In this document: piece after piece, positions 27,501 to 42,458 of the stretch
Numbering within the stretch: position 1 is the stretch's first letter
How the letters are laid out: every line of letters starts with the position of its first letter
From: the human T2T-CHM13v2.0 reference genome, Homo sapiens
Direction: 5' to 3' (one strand)
Assembly (NCBI RefSeq): GCF_009914755.1
Contig: NC_060933.1
Length of the DNA stretch: 64,000 nt
The notes under the pieces: model-generated
Told to the model about the DNA's origin: nothing
Seen by the model: the letters and a program-made list of their open reading frames with translations, nothing else
The model's database searches: none
Position numbers and translations under genes: made by a program

Positions 27501-30500
27501 TTCCATTCCATTCCATTCCATTCCTTTCCATTCCATTACGGATGATTCCATTCCATTGCATTCCGTTCCATTACATTCCCCTGCACTCGCGTTGATTCCA
27601 TTCCATTCCATTCCATTCCATTCCATTCCATTCCATTCCGTTCAATTCCATTCCATTACAATTCATTCCATTCCATTCTATTCCATACCATTCCATTCCA
27701 TTCCATACCATTCCATTCCATTCCATTCCATTCCATTCCGTTCCACTCCTTTCCATTCCATTCCATTCCATTCTATTCGGGTTAATTCCATTCCATTCCA
27801 TTCCATTCCATTCCATTCTATTCCATTCCATTGCAATCGAGTTGAATCCATTGCATTTCATTCCATTCCATTCCATAACATTCCATTCCGGAAGATTCCA
27901 TTCCATTGCATTCCATTCCATTCCATTCCCCTGCACTCGCGTTGATTCCATTCCATTGGATTCCATTCCATTCCATTCCGTTCCGTTCCGTTCCGATCCA
28001 TTCCATTGCATTCCATTCCATTCCATTCCGGATGATTCCATTCCATTGCATTCCATTCCATTCCATTCCCCTGCACTCGGGTTGATTCCATTCCATTCCA
28101 TTCCATTCCATTCCATTCCATTCCATTCGGATTGATTCTATTCAATTCCCTTACACTCCATTACATTACATTCCATTCGGGTAGTTTCCATTCCATTCCA
28201 TTCCATTCCTCTCCATTCCATTGCACTCGGGTTGATTCCATTCCATTCCATTCCATTCCATTCCATTCCATTGCATTACATTACATTCCGTTCCATTGTA
28301 CTCGGGTTGATTCCATTCCATTGCATTCCATTCCATTCCGTTCCATTCCATTCCATTCCGTTCCATTCCATTACATTCGGATTGATTCTATTCAACTCCC
28401 TTACTCTCCATTACATTCCATTCCATTCGGGTTGTTCCATTCCATTCCATTCCATTCGCATTGATTCTATTCAACTCCCTTACTCTCCATTACATTCCAT
28501 TCCATTCGGGTTGTTCCATTCCATTCCATTCCATTCGACTCCATTCCATTGCACTCGGGTTGATTCCATTCCATTCCATTCCATTCCATTCCATTCCATT
28601 CCATTCCGGATGATTCCATTCCATTGCATTCCGTTCCATTACATTCCCCTGGACTCTGGTTGATTCCATTCCATTCCTTTCCATTCCATTCGATTCCATT
28701 CCATTCCAATTCTTTCCATTCCATTCTATTCCGTACCATTCCATTCCATTCCATACAATTCCATTCCATTCCATTCCACTCCGTTCCGTTCTGTTCCATT
28801 GCGTTCCGTTCCATTCCATTCCATCCCATTCTATTCGGTTTAATTCCATTCCATTCCATTCCATTCCATTCTATTCCATTCCATTGCAATCGAGTTGAAT
28901 CCATTGCATTCCATTCCATTCCATTCCATTCCATTCCATTCAATTCCATTCCGGAAGATTCCATTCCATTGCATTCCATTCCATTCCATTCCATTCCATT
29001 CCATTGTACTCGGGTTGATTCCATTCCATTGCATTCCATTCCATCCCATTCCATTCCATTCCATTCCATTCCATTCCATTCCATTCCGTTCCATTCCATT
29101 CATTACATTCGGATTGATTCTTTTCAACTCCCTTACTCTCCATTACATTCCATTCCATTCGGGTTGTTCCATTCCATTCCATTCCATTCCACTCCATTCC
29201 ATTGCACTCGGGTTGATTCCATTCCATTCCATTCCATTCCATTCCGGATGATTCCATTCCATTGCATTCCGTTCCATTACATTCCCCTGCACTCGGGTTG
29301 ATTCCAATCCATTCCATTCCATTCCATTCGATTGTATTCCATTCCCCTGCACTCGCGTTGATTCCATTCCATTCCATTCCATTCCATTCCATTCCATTCC
29401 ATTCCTTTCCATTCCAGTCCTTTCCATTCCATTCCACTCGGGTTGATTCCATTCTATTAGTTTCCATTCTGTTCCATTCCCTTCCATTCCACTCTGGTTG
29501 ATTCCATTCCTTTCCATTCCACTCGAATACATTCCCTCCTATTCCACTCGGAACGATTCCATTCCATTCCATTCCATTCCATTCCATTCCATTCCATTCC
29601 ATTCCATTCCATTCAATTTTGTTCCATTCCATTCTATTCCGTATCATTCCATTGCATTCCATTCCATTCCATTCCATTCCATTCCATTCCCTTCCATTCC
29701 ATTCCTTTCCACTCGTGTTGATTCCATTCCTTTCCATTCCATTCGGTTTGAAGGTATTCCATTCCATTCCATTCCATTCCATTCCATTCCATTCCATTCC
29801 ATTCCATTCCATTGTACTCGGGTTGATTCCATTCCATTGTATTCCATTCCATTCCATTCCATTCCATTCCGTTTCATTCCATTCCATTACATTCGGATTG
29901 ATTCTATTCAACTCCCTTACTCTCCATTACATTCCATTCCATTCGGGTTGTTCCATTCCATTCCATTCCACTCCACTCCATTCCATTGCACTCGGGTTGA
30001 TTCCATTCCATTCCATTCCATTCCATTCCATTCCGGATGATTCCATTCCATTGCATTCCGTTCCATTACATTCCCCTGCACTCGAGTTGATTCCATTCCA
30101 TTCCATTCCATTCCATTCCATTCCATTGAATTCCATTCCATTACAATTCGTTCCATTCCATTCTATTCCATACCATTCCATTCCATTCCATACCGTTCCA
30201 TTGCATTCCATTCCATTCCATTCCGTTCCATTCCTTTCCATTCCATTGCATTCCATTCTATTCGCGTTAATTCCATTCCATTCCATTCCATTCCATTCCA
30301 TTCCATTCCATTCCATTCCATTCTATTCCATTCCATTGCAATCGAGTTGAATCCATTGCATTTCATTCCATTCCATTCCATTCCATTCCATTCCATTCCG
30401 GAAGATTCCATTCCATTGCATTCCATTCCATTCCATTCCCCTGCACTCGCGTTGATTCCATTCCATTCCATTCCATTCCATTCCATTCCGTTCCGTTCTG

Positions 30501-33500
30501 TTCCATTCCATTCCATTCCATTCCATTCCGTTCCGTTCCATTCCATTCCATTCCATTCTATTTGGGTTAATTCCATTCCATTCCATTCGATTGCAATCGA
30601 GTTGATTCCATTCCATTCCATTCCATTCCATTCCATTCCATTCCATTCCATTCCTTTCCATTCCATTACGGATGATTCCATTCCATTGCATTCCATTCCA
30701 TTCCATTCCCCTGTACTCGGATTGATTCCATTCCATTCTATTCCAATCCATGCAATTCCACTCGTGTTGATTCCATTCTTTCCATTCCATTCAAGTTGAA
30801 TCCATTCCATTGCATTCCATTCCATTTGATTCCATTCGATTGCACTCGGGTTGATTCCATTCCATTGCATTCCATTCCATTCCATTTCATTCCATTCCGT
30901 TCCTTTCCATTCCATTCCATTCCATTCCATTCCATTGCAATCGAGTTGATTCCATTCCATTCCTTTCCATTCCATTCCATTGCCTTGCATTCCACTCGGG
31001 TTGATTCCATTCCCTTCTTTCCACTCCATTACATTCCCTTCCATTCCACTCGGAATGATTGATACCATTCCATTCCATTCCATTTCATTCCATTGCAATC
31101 CATTCCAATCCATTCCATTCCAATCCATTCCATTCCGTTCCGTTCCATTCCATTCCATTCCATTCCATTCTATTCGGGTTAATTCCATTCCATTCCATTC
31201 GATTGCAATCGAGTTGATTCCATTCCATTCCATTCCTTTCCATTCCATTACGGATGATTCCATTCCATTGCATTCCATTCCATTCCATTCCCCTGTACTC
31301 GGGTTCATTCCATTCCATTCCATTCTAATCCATGACATTCCACTCGTGTTGATTCCATTCTTTCCATTCCATTCATGTTGAATCCATTCCATTGCATTCC
31401 ATTCCATTCCATTCCCCTGCAGTCGGGTTGATTCCATTCCATTCCATTCCATTCCATTCCATTCCATTCCATTCCATTCTGTTCCGTTCCATTCCATTCC
31501 ACTCCATTCTATTCGGGTTAATTCCATTCCATTCCATTCCATTCCATTCCATTCCATTCCAATCGAGTTGATTCCATTCCATTCCATTCCATTCCATTCC
31601 ACTCCATTCCAGTCCTTTCCATTCCATTCCACTCGGGTTGATTCCAATGTATTCCTTTCCATTCCATTCCATTCCATTGCAATCGGGTTGATTCCATTGT
31701 TTTGCATTCCATTCCATTCCATTCCATTTCGGATGATTCCATTCCATTGCATTCCATTCCATTCTAATCCCCTGCACTCGGGTTGATTCCATTCCATTCC
31801 ACTCCATTCCGTTCCATTCCATTCCATTCCACTGTATTCAGGTTAATTCCATTCCATTCCATTCCATTCTATTCCATTCCATTACAATCGAGTTGATTCC
31901 ATTCCATTGCATTCCATTCCATTCCATTCCATTCCATTCCGTTGCATTCCATTCCATTACATTCGGATTGATTCTATTCAACTCCCTTACTCTCCATTAC
32001 ATTCCATTCCATTCGGGTTGTTCCATTCCATTCCATTCCATTCCACTCCATTCCATTGCACTTGGGTTGATTCCATTCCATTCCATTCCATTCCATTCCA
32101 TTCCATTCCGGATGATTCCACTCCATTGCATTCCGTTCCATTACATTCCACTGCACTCGCGTTGATTCCATTCCATTCCATTCAATTCCATTCCATTACA
32201 ATTCATTCCATTCCATTCTATTCCATACCATTCCATTCCATTCCATTCCATTCCATTCCATTCCGTTCCTTTCCGTTCCATTCCATTCCATTCCATTCTA
32301 TTCGGGTAATTCCATTCCATTCTATTCCATTCCATTCCATTCCATTCTATTCCATTCCATTGCAATCGAGTTGAATCCATTGCATTTCATTCCATTCCAT
32401 TCCATTCCGGAAGATTCCATTCAATTGCATTCCATTCCATTCCATTCCATTCCCCTGCACTCGCGTTGATTCCATTCCATTCCATTCCATTCCATTCCAT
32501 TCCGTTCCGTTCCATTCCATTCCATTCCATTCCATTCCATTCCGTTCCGTTCCATTCCATTCCATTCCATTCTATTCGGGTTAATTCCATTCCATTCCAT
32601 TCGATTGCAATCGAGTTGATTCCATTCCATTCCATTCCATTCCATTGCATTCCTTTCCATTCCATTACGGATGATTCCATTCCATTGCATTCCATTCCAT
32701 TCTATTCCCCTGTACTCGGGTTGATTCCAATCCATTCCATTCCAATCCATGCCATTCCACTCGTGTTGATTCCATTCTTTCCATTCCTTTCAAGTTGAAT
32801 CCATTCCATTGCATTCCATTCCATTCGATTCCATTCGATTGCACTCGGGTTGATTCCATTCCATTGCATTCCATTCCATTCCATTCCATTCCATTCCATT
32901 CCTTTCCATTCCGTTCCATTCCATTTCATTACATTCAGATTGATTCTATTCAATTCCCTTACATTCCATTATATTCCAATCCATTCTGGTTGTTTCCATT
33001 CCATTCCATTCCATTGCACTCCATTCCATTGCACTCGGGTTGATTCCATTCCATTCCATTCCATTCCATTCCATTCCGGATGATTCCATTCCATTGCATT
33101 CCATTCCATTCCATTCCCCTGCACTCGGGTTGATTCCATTCAATTCCATTCCATTACATTCTGTTCCATTCCATTCCATTCCATTCGGATTGATTCTATT
33201 CAATTCCCTAACACTCCATTACATTCCATTCCATTCGGGTAGTTTCCATTCCATTCCATTTCATTCCTCTCCATTCCATTGCACTCGGGTTGATTCCATT
33301 CCATTCCATTCCATTCCATTCCATTCCATTCCATTCCATTCCATTGTACTCGGGGTGATTCCATTCCATTGCATTCCATTCCATTCCGTTCCATTCCATT
33401 CCATTCCATTCCGTTCCATTCCATTACATTCGGATTGATTCTATTCAACTCCGTTACTCTCCATTACATTCCATTCCATTCGGGTTGTTCCATTCCATTC

Positions 33501-36500
33501 CATTCCATTCGACTCCATTCCATTGCACTCGGGTTGATTCCATTCCATTCCATTCCATTCCATTCCATTCCATTCCATTCCGGATGATTCCATTCCATTG
33601 CATTCCGTTCCATTACATTCCCCTGCACTCTGGTTGATTCCATTCCATTCCATTCGATTCCATTCCATTCCAATTCTTTCCATTCCATTCTATTTCGTAA
33701 CATTCCATTCCATTCCATACAATTCCATTCCATTCCATTCCACTCCGTTCCGTTCCGTTACGTTCCATTCCATTCCATTCCATTCTATTCGGCTTAATTC
33801 CATTCCGTTCCATTCCATTCCATTCTATTCCATTCCATTGCAATCGAGTTGAATCCATTGCATTCTATTCCATTCCATTCCATTCCATTCCATTCCATTC
33901 CATTCCGTTCCATTCCCTTCCATTCTATTCCATTACATTCGGATTGTTTCTTTTCAACTCCCTTACTCTCCATTACATTCCATTCCATTCGGGTTGTTCC
34001 ATTCCATTCCATTCCATTCCACTCCATTCCATTGCACTCAGGTTGATTCCATTCCATTCCATTCCATTCCATTCCGGATGATTCCATTCCATGGCATTCC
34101 GTTCCATTACATTCCCCTGCACCCGGGTTGATTCCATTCCATTCCATTCCATTCCATTCCATTCCATTCCATTCCCCTGCACTCGCGTTGATTCCATTCC
34201 ATTCCATTCCATTCCATTCCATTCCATTCCATTCCTTTCCATTCCATTCCATTCCGTTCCGTTCTGTTCCATTCCATTCCATTCCATTCCATTCCGTTCC
34301 GTTCCATTCCATTCCATTCTATTTGGGTTAATTCCATTCCATTCCATTCGATTGCAATCGAGTTGATTCCATTCCATTCCATTCCATTCCATTCCATTTC
34401 GTTCCATTCCATTCTATTCCGTATCATTCCATTCCATTCCATTCCATTCCATTCCATTCCATTCCATTCCATTCCAATCGTGTTGATTCCATTCCTTTCC
34501 ATTCCATTCGGTTTGAAGGCATTCCATTCCATTCCATTCCATTCCATTCCATTCCCCTGCACTCGGGTTGATTCCATTCCATTCCATTCCATTCCATTCC
34601 GTTGCATTCCATTCCATTACATTCGGATTGATTCTTTTCAACTCCCTTTCTCTCCATTACATTCCATTCCATTCGGGTTGTTCCATTCCATTCCATTCCA
34701 TTCCACTCCATTCCATTGCACTCGGGTTGATTCCATTCCATTCCTTTCCATTCCATTCCATTCCATTCCGGATGATTCCATTCCATTGCATTCCGTTCCA
34801 TTACATTCCCTTGCACTCGCGTTGATTCCATTCCATTCCATTCCATTCCATTCAATTCCATTCCATTACAATTCGTTCCATTCCATTCTATTCCGTACCA
34901 TTCCATTCCATTCCATACCATTCCATTCCATTCCATTCCATTCCATTCCATTCCATTCCATTCTATTCCATTCCATTCCATTACGGATGATTCCATTCCA
35001 TTGCATTCCATTCCATTCCATTCCCCTATACTCGGATTGATTCCGTTCCATTCTATTCTAATCCATGCCATTCCACTCGTGTAGATTCCATTCTTTCCAT
35101 TCCATTCAAGTTGAATCCATTCCATTGCATTCCATTCCATTTGATTCCATTCGATTGCACTCGGGTTGATTCCATGGCATTGCATTCCATTCAATTCCAT
35201 TCCATTCCATTCCATTCCGTTCCATTCCATTCCATTCCATTCTATTCGGATTAATTCCATTCCATTCCATTCCATTCCATTCTATTCCATTCCATTGCAA
35301 TCGAGTTGAATCCATTGCATTTCATTCCATTCCATTCCATTCCATTCCATTCCGGAAGATTCCATTCCTTTGCATTCCATTCCATTCCATTCCCCTGCAC
35401 TCGCGTTGATTCCATTCCATTCCATTCCATTCCATTCCGTTCCGTTCCATTCCATTCCATTCCATTCCATTCCGTTCCGTTCCATTCCATTCCATTCCAT
35501 TCTATTCGGGTTAATTCCATTCCATTCCACTCAATTGAAATCGAGTTGATTCCATTCCATTCCATTCCATTCCTTTCCATTCCATTACGGATGATTCCAT
35601 TCCATTGCATTCCATTCCATTCCATTCCCCTGTACTCCGGTTTATTCCATTCCCGTCCATTCCAATCCATTCCATTCCACTCGTGTTGATTCAATTCTTT
35701 CCATTCCATTCAAGTTGAATCCATTCCATTGCATTCCATTCCATTCGATTCCATTCGATTGCGCTCGGGTTGATTCCATTCCATTGCATTCCATTCCATT
35801 CCATTCCATTCCATTCCATTCCATTCCGTTCCATTCCATTACATTCGGATTGATTCTATTCAATTCCCTTACACTCCATTACATTCCATTCCATTCGGGT
35901 AGTTTCCATTCCATTCCATTCTATCCCTCTCCATTCCATTGCACTCGGGTTGATTCAATTCCATTGCATTCCATTCCATTCCATTCCATTCCATTCCGTT
36001 GCATTCCATTCCATTACATTCGGATTGATTCTATTCAACTCCCTTACTCTCCATTCCATTCCATTCCATTCGCGTTGTTCCATTCCATTCCATTCCATTC
36101 CACTCCATTCCATTGCACTCGGGTTGATTCCATTCCATTCCATTCCATTCCATTCCATTCCATTCCGGATGATTCCATTCCATTGCATTCCGTTCCATTA
36201 CATTCCCCTGCCCTCGCGTTGATTCCATTCCATTCCATTCCATTCCATTCAATTCCATTCCATTACAATTCGTTCCATTCCATTCTATTCCGTACCATTC
36301 CATTCCATTCCATACCATTCCATTCCATTCCATTCCATTCCGTTCCATTCCGTTCCATTCAATTCCATTCCATTCCATTCCATTCCATTCCATTCTATTC
36401 CATTCCATTGCAATCGAGTTGAATCCATTGCATTTCATTCCATTCCATTCCATTCCATTCCATTCCATTCCATTCCGGAAGATTCCATTCCATTGCATTC

Positions 36501-39500
36501 CATTCCATTCCATTCCCCTGCACTCGCGTTGATTCCATTCCATTCCATTCCATTCCATTCCGTTCCGTTCCGTTCCATTCCATTCCATTCCATTCCATTC
36601 CGTTCCGTTCCATTCCATTGCATTCTATTCTATTCGGGTTAATTCCATTCCATTCCATTCGATTGCAATCGAGTTGATTCCATTCCATTCCATTCCATTC
36701 CATTCCATTCCATTCCTTTCCATTCCATTACGGATGATTCCATTCCATTGCGTTCCATACCATTCCATTCCCCTATACTCGGGTTGATTCCATTCCATTC
36801 CATTCCAATCCATGCCATTCCACTCGTGGTGATTCCATTCTTTCAATTCCATTCAAGTTGAATCCATTCCATTGCATTCCATTCCATTCGATTCCATTCG
36901 ATTGCACTCGGGTTGATTCCATTCCATTGCATTCCATTCCATTCCGTTCAATTCCATTTCATTACATTCAGATTGATTCTATTCAATTCTCTTACACTCC
37001 ATTATATTCCAATCCATTCTGGTTGTCTCCATTCCATTCCATTCCATTTCACTCCATTCCATTGCACTCGGGTTGATTCCATTCCATTCCATTCCATTGC
37101 ATTCTATTCCATTCCATTCCGGATGATTCCATTCCATTGCATTCCATTCCATTCCATTCCCCTGCACTCGGGTTGATTCCATTCCATTCCATTACATTAC
37201 ATTCCGTTCCATTCCATTCCATTGCATTCGGATTGATTCTATTCAATTCCCTTACACTCCATTCCATTCCATTCCATTCGGGTAGTTTCCATTCCATTCC
37301 ATTCCATTCCTCTCCATTCCATTGCACTCGGGTTGATTCCATTCCATTCCATTCCATTCCATTCCATTACATTAAATTCCATTCCATTCCGTTCCATTGT
37401 ACTCGGGTTGATTCCATTCCATTGCATTCCATTCCATTCCATTCCATTCCATTCCATTCCATTCCATTCCGTTCCATTCCATTACATTCGGATTGATTCT
37501 ATTCAACTCCCTTACTCTCCATTACATTACATTCCATTCGGGTTGTTCCATTCCATTCCATACCATTCCACTCCATTCCATTGCGCTCGGGTTGATTTCA
37601 TTCCATTCCATTCCACTCCATTCCAGTCCTTTCCATTCCATTCCACTCGGGTTGATTCCAATGTATTCCTTTCCATTCCATTCCATTGCATTGCAATCAA
37701 GTTGATTCCATTGCTTTGCATTCCATTCCATTCCATTCCATTCCGGATGATTCCATTCCATTGCATTCCATTCCATTCCATTCCCCTGCACTCGGGTTGA
37801 TTCCATTCCATTCCACTCCATTCCGTTCCATTCCATTCCATTCCATTGTATTCGGGTTAATTCCATTCCATTCCATTCCATTCCATTCCATTCCATTCCA
37901 TTACTATCGAGTTGATTCCATTCCATTCCATTCCATTCCAGTCCTTTCCATTCCATTCCACTCGGGTTGATTCCATTCTATTAGTTTCCATTCCATTCCA
38001 TTCCCTTCCATTCCACTCTGGTTGATTCCATTCCTTTAAATTCCACTCGAATACATTCCCTCCTATTCCACTCGCAACGATTCCATTCCATTCCATTCCA
38101 TTCCATTCCATTCCATTCCATTCCATTCCATTCCATTGCATTCCATTCCATTCCATTCCATTCCATTCCGTTCCCTTCCATTCCATTCCATTACATTCGG
38201 ATTGATTCTATTCAATTCCCTTACACTCCATTACATTCCATTCCATTCGTGTAGTTTCCATTCCATTCCATTCCATTCCTTTCCATTCCATTGCACTCGG
38301 GTTGATTCCATTCCATTCCATTCCATTCCATTCCATTCCATTCCATTCCATTCCATTCCATTTCATTCCGGATGATTCCATTCCATTGAATTCCATTCCA
38401 TTCCATTCCCCTCCACTTGGGTTGATTCCATTCCATTCCATTCCATTCCTTTCCGTTCCATTCCATTCCATTCCATTCCATTCCATTCCATTGTATTCGT
38501 GTTAATTCCATTCCATTCTATTCCATTCCATTCCATTGAAATCGAGTTGATTCCATTCCATTCCATTCCATTTCCATTCCATTCCGGATGATTCCATTCA
38601 ATTGCATTCCATTCCATTCCATTCCCCTGCACTCGGGTTGAATCCATTCCATTCCATTCCATTACATTCCGTTCCATTCCATTGCATTCCATTCTATTCG
38701 GGTTAATTCCATTCCATTCCATTCCACTCCATTCCAGTCCTTTGCATTCCATTCCACTAGGGTTGATTCCATTCTATTCCTTTCCATTCCATTCCATTCC
38801 ATTGCAATCGAGTTGATTCCATTCGAGTTGAATCCATTCCATTCCATTCCATTACATTACATTGCACACGGGTTCATTCCATTCCATTCCATTCCATTCC
38901 ATTCCATTCCATTCCATTCCATTCCATTCCATTCCATTTCATTCCGTTCCATTCTATTCCGTACCATTCCATTCCATCCCATTCCATTCCATTCCATTCC
39001 ATTCCATTCCATGCCATTACACTCAGGTTGATTCCATTCCTTTCCATTCCATTCTTGTTGAATCCATTCCATTCCATTCCATTCCATTCGAATCCTTTCC
39101 ATTGCACTCGGGTTGATTCCATTCCATTCCGTTCCATTCCATTTCATTCCATTCCATTCCATTACATTCGGATTGATTCTATTCAGTTCCCTTACACTCC
39201 ATTACATTCCATTCCATTCGGGATGTTTCCATTCCATTCCATTCCATTCCACTCCATTCCATTGCATCGGGTTGATTGCATTCCATTCCATTCCATTCCA
39301 TTCTGGATGATTCCATTCCATTGCATTCCATTCCATTCCATTCCCCTGCACTCGGGTTGATTACATTCCATACCATTCCCTTCCATTCCTTTCCATTCCA
39401 TTCCATTCCATTGCAATCGAGTTGATTCCATTCCATTCCATTCCATTCCATTCCATTCCATTCCATTCCGGATGATTGCATTCCATTGCTTTCCATTCCA

Positions 39501-42440
39501 TTCCATTCCCCTGCACTCGGGTTGATTCCATTCCATTTCATTCCATTACATTCCGTTCCATTCCATTCCATTCCATTCTATTCTGGTTAATTCCATTCCA
39601 TTCCATTCTGGTTAATTCCATTCCATTCCATTGCAATCCAGTTGATTCCATTCCATTCCATTCCATTCCATTCCATTGCATTCCAATCGATTTGATTCCA
39701 TTCCATTCCATTCCATTCCACTCCATTCCAGTCCTTTCCATTCCATTCATCTCGGGTTGATTCCATTCTATTCCTTTCCATTCCATTCCATTCCATTGCA
39801 CTCAGGTTGATTCCTTTCGAGTTGAATCCATTCCATACCATTCCATTCCATTACATTGCACACGGGCTCATTCCATTCCATTCCATTCCATTCCATCCCA
39901 TTCCATTCCATTCCATTCCATGCCATTACACTCGGGTTGATTCCATTCCTTTCCATTCCATTCTTGTTGAATCCATTCCATTCCATTCCATTCCATTCGA
40001 ATCCATTCCATTGCACTCGGGTTGATTCCATTCCATTCCATTCCATTCCATTTCATTCCATTCCATTACATTACATTCCGATTCATTCTATTCAATTCCC
40101 TTACACTCCATTACATTCCATTCCATTCGGGATGTTTCCATTCCATTCCATTCCATTCCACTCCATTCCATTGCATCGGGTTGATTCCATTCCATTCCAT
40201 TCCATTCCATTCCATTCCATTCCGGATGATTCCATTCGATTGCATTCCTTTGCATTCCATTCCCCTGCACTCGGGTTGATTACATTCCATTTCCTTCCCT
40301 TCCATTCGTTTCCATTCCATTCCATTCCATTCTATTCGGGTGAATTCCATTCCATTCCATTCCATTCCATTCCATTCCATTCCATTGCAATCGAGTTGAT
40401 TCCATTCCATTCCATTCCATTCCATTCCATTCCATTCCATTCCATTGCAGTCGAGTTGATTCCATTCCATTCCATTCCATTCCATTCCACTCGTGTTGAT
40501 TCCATTCCTTTCCATTCCATTCGGTTTGAAGCCATTCCATTCCATTTAATTCCATTCCATTCCATTCCATTCCATTCCATTCCATTCCATTGTACTCGGG
40601 TTGATTCCATTCCATTTCATTCCATTCCATTCCATTCAATTCCATTCCGTTCCATTCCATTCCATCACTTTCGGATTGATTCTATTCAACTCCCTTACTC
40701 TCAATTACATTCCATTCCATTCGGATTGATTCTATTCAACTCCCTGACTCTCCATTACATTCCATACCATTCGGGTTGTTCCATTCCATTCCATTCCATT
40801 CCACTCCATTCCATTGCACTCGGGTTGATTCCATTCCACTCCATTCCATTCCATTCTATTCCGGATGATTCCATTCCATTGCATTCCCTTCTATTACATT
40901 CCCCTGCACTCGCGTTGATTCCATTCCATTCCATTCCATTCCATTCGATTCCATTCCATTCCAATTCGTTCCATTCCGTTCTATTCCGTACCATTCCATT
41001 CCATTCCATACCATTCCATTCCATTCCATTCCATTCCATTCCGTTCCATTCCATTCCATTCCATTCTATTAGGGTTAATTCCATTCCATTCCATTCCATT
41101 CCATTCCATTCTATTCCATTCCATTGCAATCGAGTTGAATCCATTGCATTCCATTCCATTCCATTCCATTCTATTCAGGTTAATTCCATTCCATTCCATT
41201 CCATTCGATTGCAATCGAGTTCATTCCATTGCATTCCATTCCTTTCCATTCCATTACTGATGATTCCATTCCATTGCATTCCATTCCATTCCATTCTCCT
41301 GTACTCGGGTTGATTCCATTCCATTCCATTCCAATCCATGCCATTCCACTCGTGTTGATTCCTTTCTTTCCATTCCATTCAAGTTGAATCCATTCCATTG
41401 CGTTCCATTCAATTCGATTCCATTCGATTGCACTCGGGTTCATTCCATTCCGTTGCATTCCATTCCATTCCATTCCATTCCATTCCGTTCCATTCCATTC
41501 CACTACATTCGGATTGATTCTTTTCAATTCCCTTACACTATATTACATTCCATTCCATTCGGGTAGTTTCCATTCCATTCCATTCCATTCCACTCCATTC
41601 CACTGCACTCGGGTTGATTCCATTCCATTCCATTCCATTCCATTCCATTGTACTCGGGTTGATTCCATTCCATTGCATTCCATTCCATTCCATTCCATAC
41701 CATTCCATTCCATTCCGTTCCATTCCATTACATTCGGATTTATTCTATACAACTCCCTTACTCTCCATTACATTCCATTCCATTCGGGTTGTTCCATTCC
41801 ATTCCATTCCATTCCACTCCATTCCATTGCACTCGGGTTGATTCCATTCCATTCCATTCCATTCCATTTAATTCCATTCCATTCCGGATGATTCCATTCC
41901 ATTGCATTCTGTTCCATTACATTCCCCTGCACTCGGGTTCATTCCATTCCATTCCATTCCCTTGCATTCGATTCTATTCCATTCCAATTCTTTCCATTCC
42001 ATTCTATTCCGTACCATTCCATTCCATTCCATACAATTCCATTCCATTCCATTCCATTCCATTCCATTCCATTCCGTTCCGTTCCGTTCCGTACCGTTCC
42101 GTTCCATTCCATTCCATTCCATTCTATTCGGGTTAATTCCATTCCATTCCATTCCATTCCATTCTATTCCATTCCATTGCAATCGAGTTGAATCCATTCC
42201 ATTCCATTCCATTCCATTCCATTCCATTCCATTCCGGAAGATTCCATTCCATTGCATTCCATTCCATTCCATTCCCCTGCACTCGCATTTATTCCTTTCA
42301 ATTCCATTTCATTCCATTCCATTTCATTCCGTTCCTCTCCATTCCATTGCATTCCATTCCATTCCATTCCATTCCATTCCGTTCCGTTCCGTTCCATTCC
42401 ATTCCATTCCATTCTATTCGGGTTAATTCCATTCCATTCC

Positions 42441-42458
42441 ATTCGATTGCAATCGAAT
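42441..42458. other. 18-bp perfect palindrome ATTCGATTGCAATCGAAT (extended variant of the recurrent 14-bp TCGATTGCAATCGA)
   Basis: The sequence equals its own reverse complement, read directly. Confidence 0.85.

Noticed and set aside
38570-38575. Isolated 1-bp indels (extra T at ~38571, missing G at ~17098, missing T at ~32306)
   Set aside because: They are singletons in short homopolymers and could be sequencing or consensus errors.
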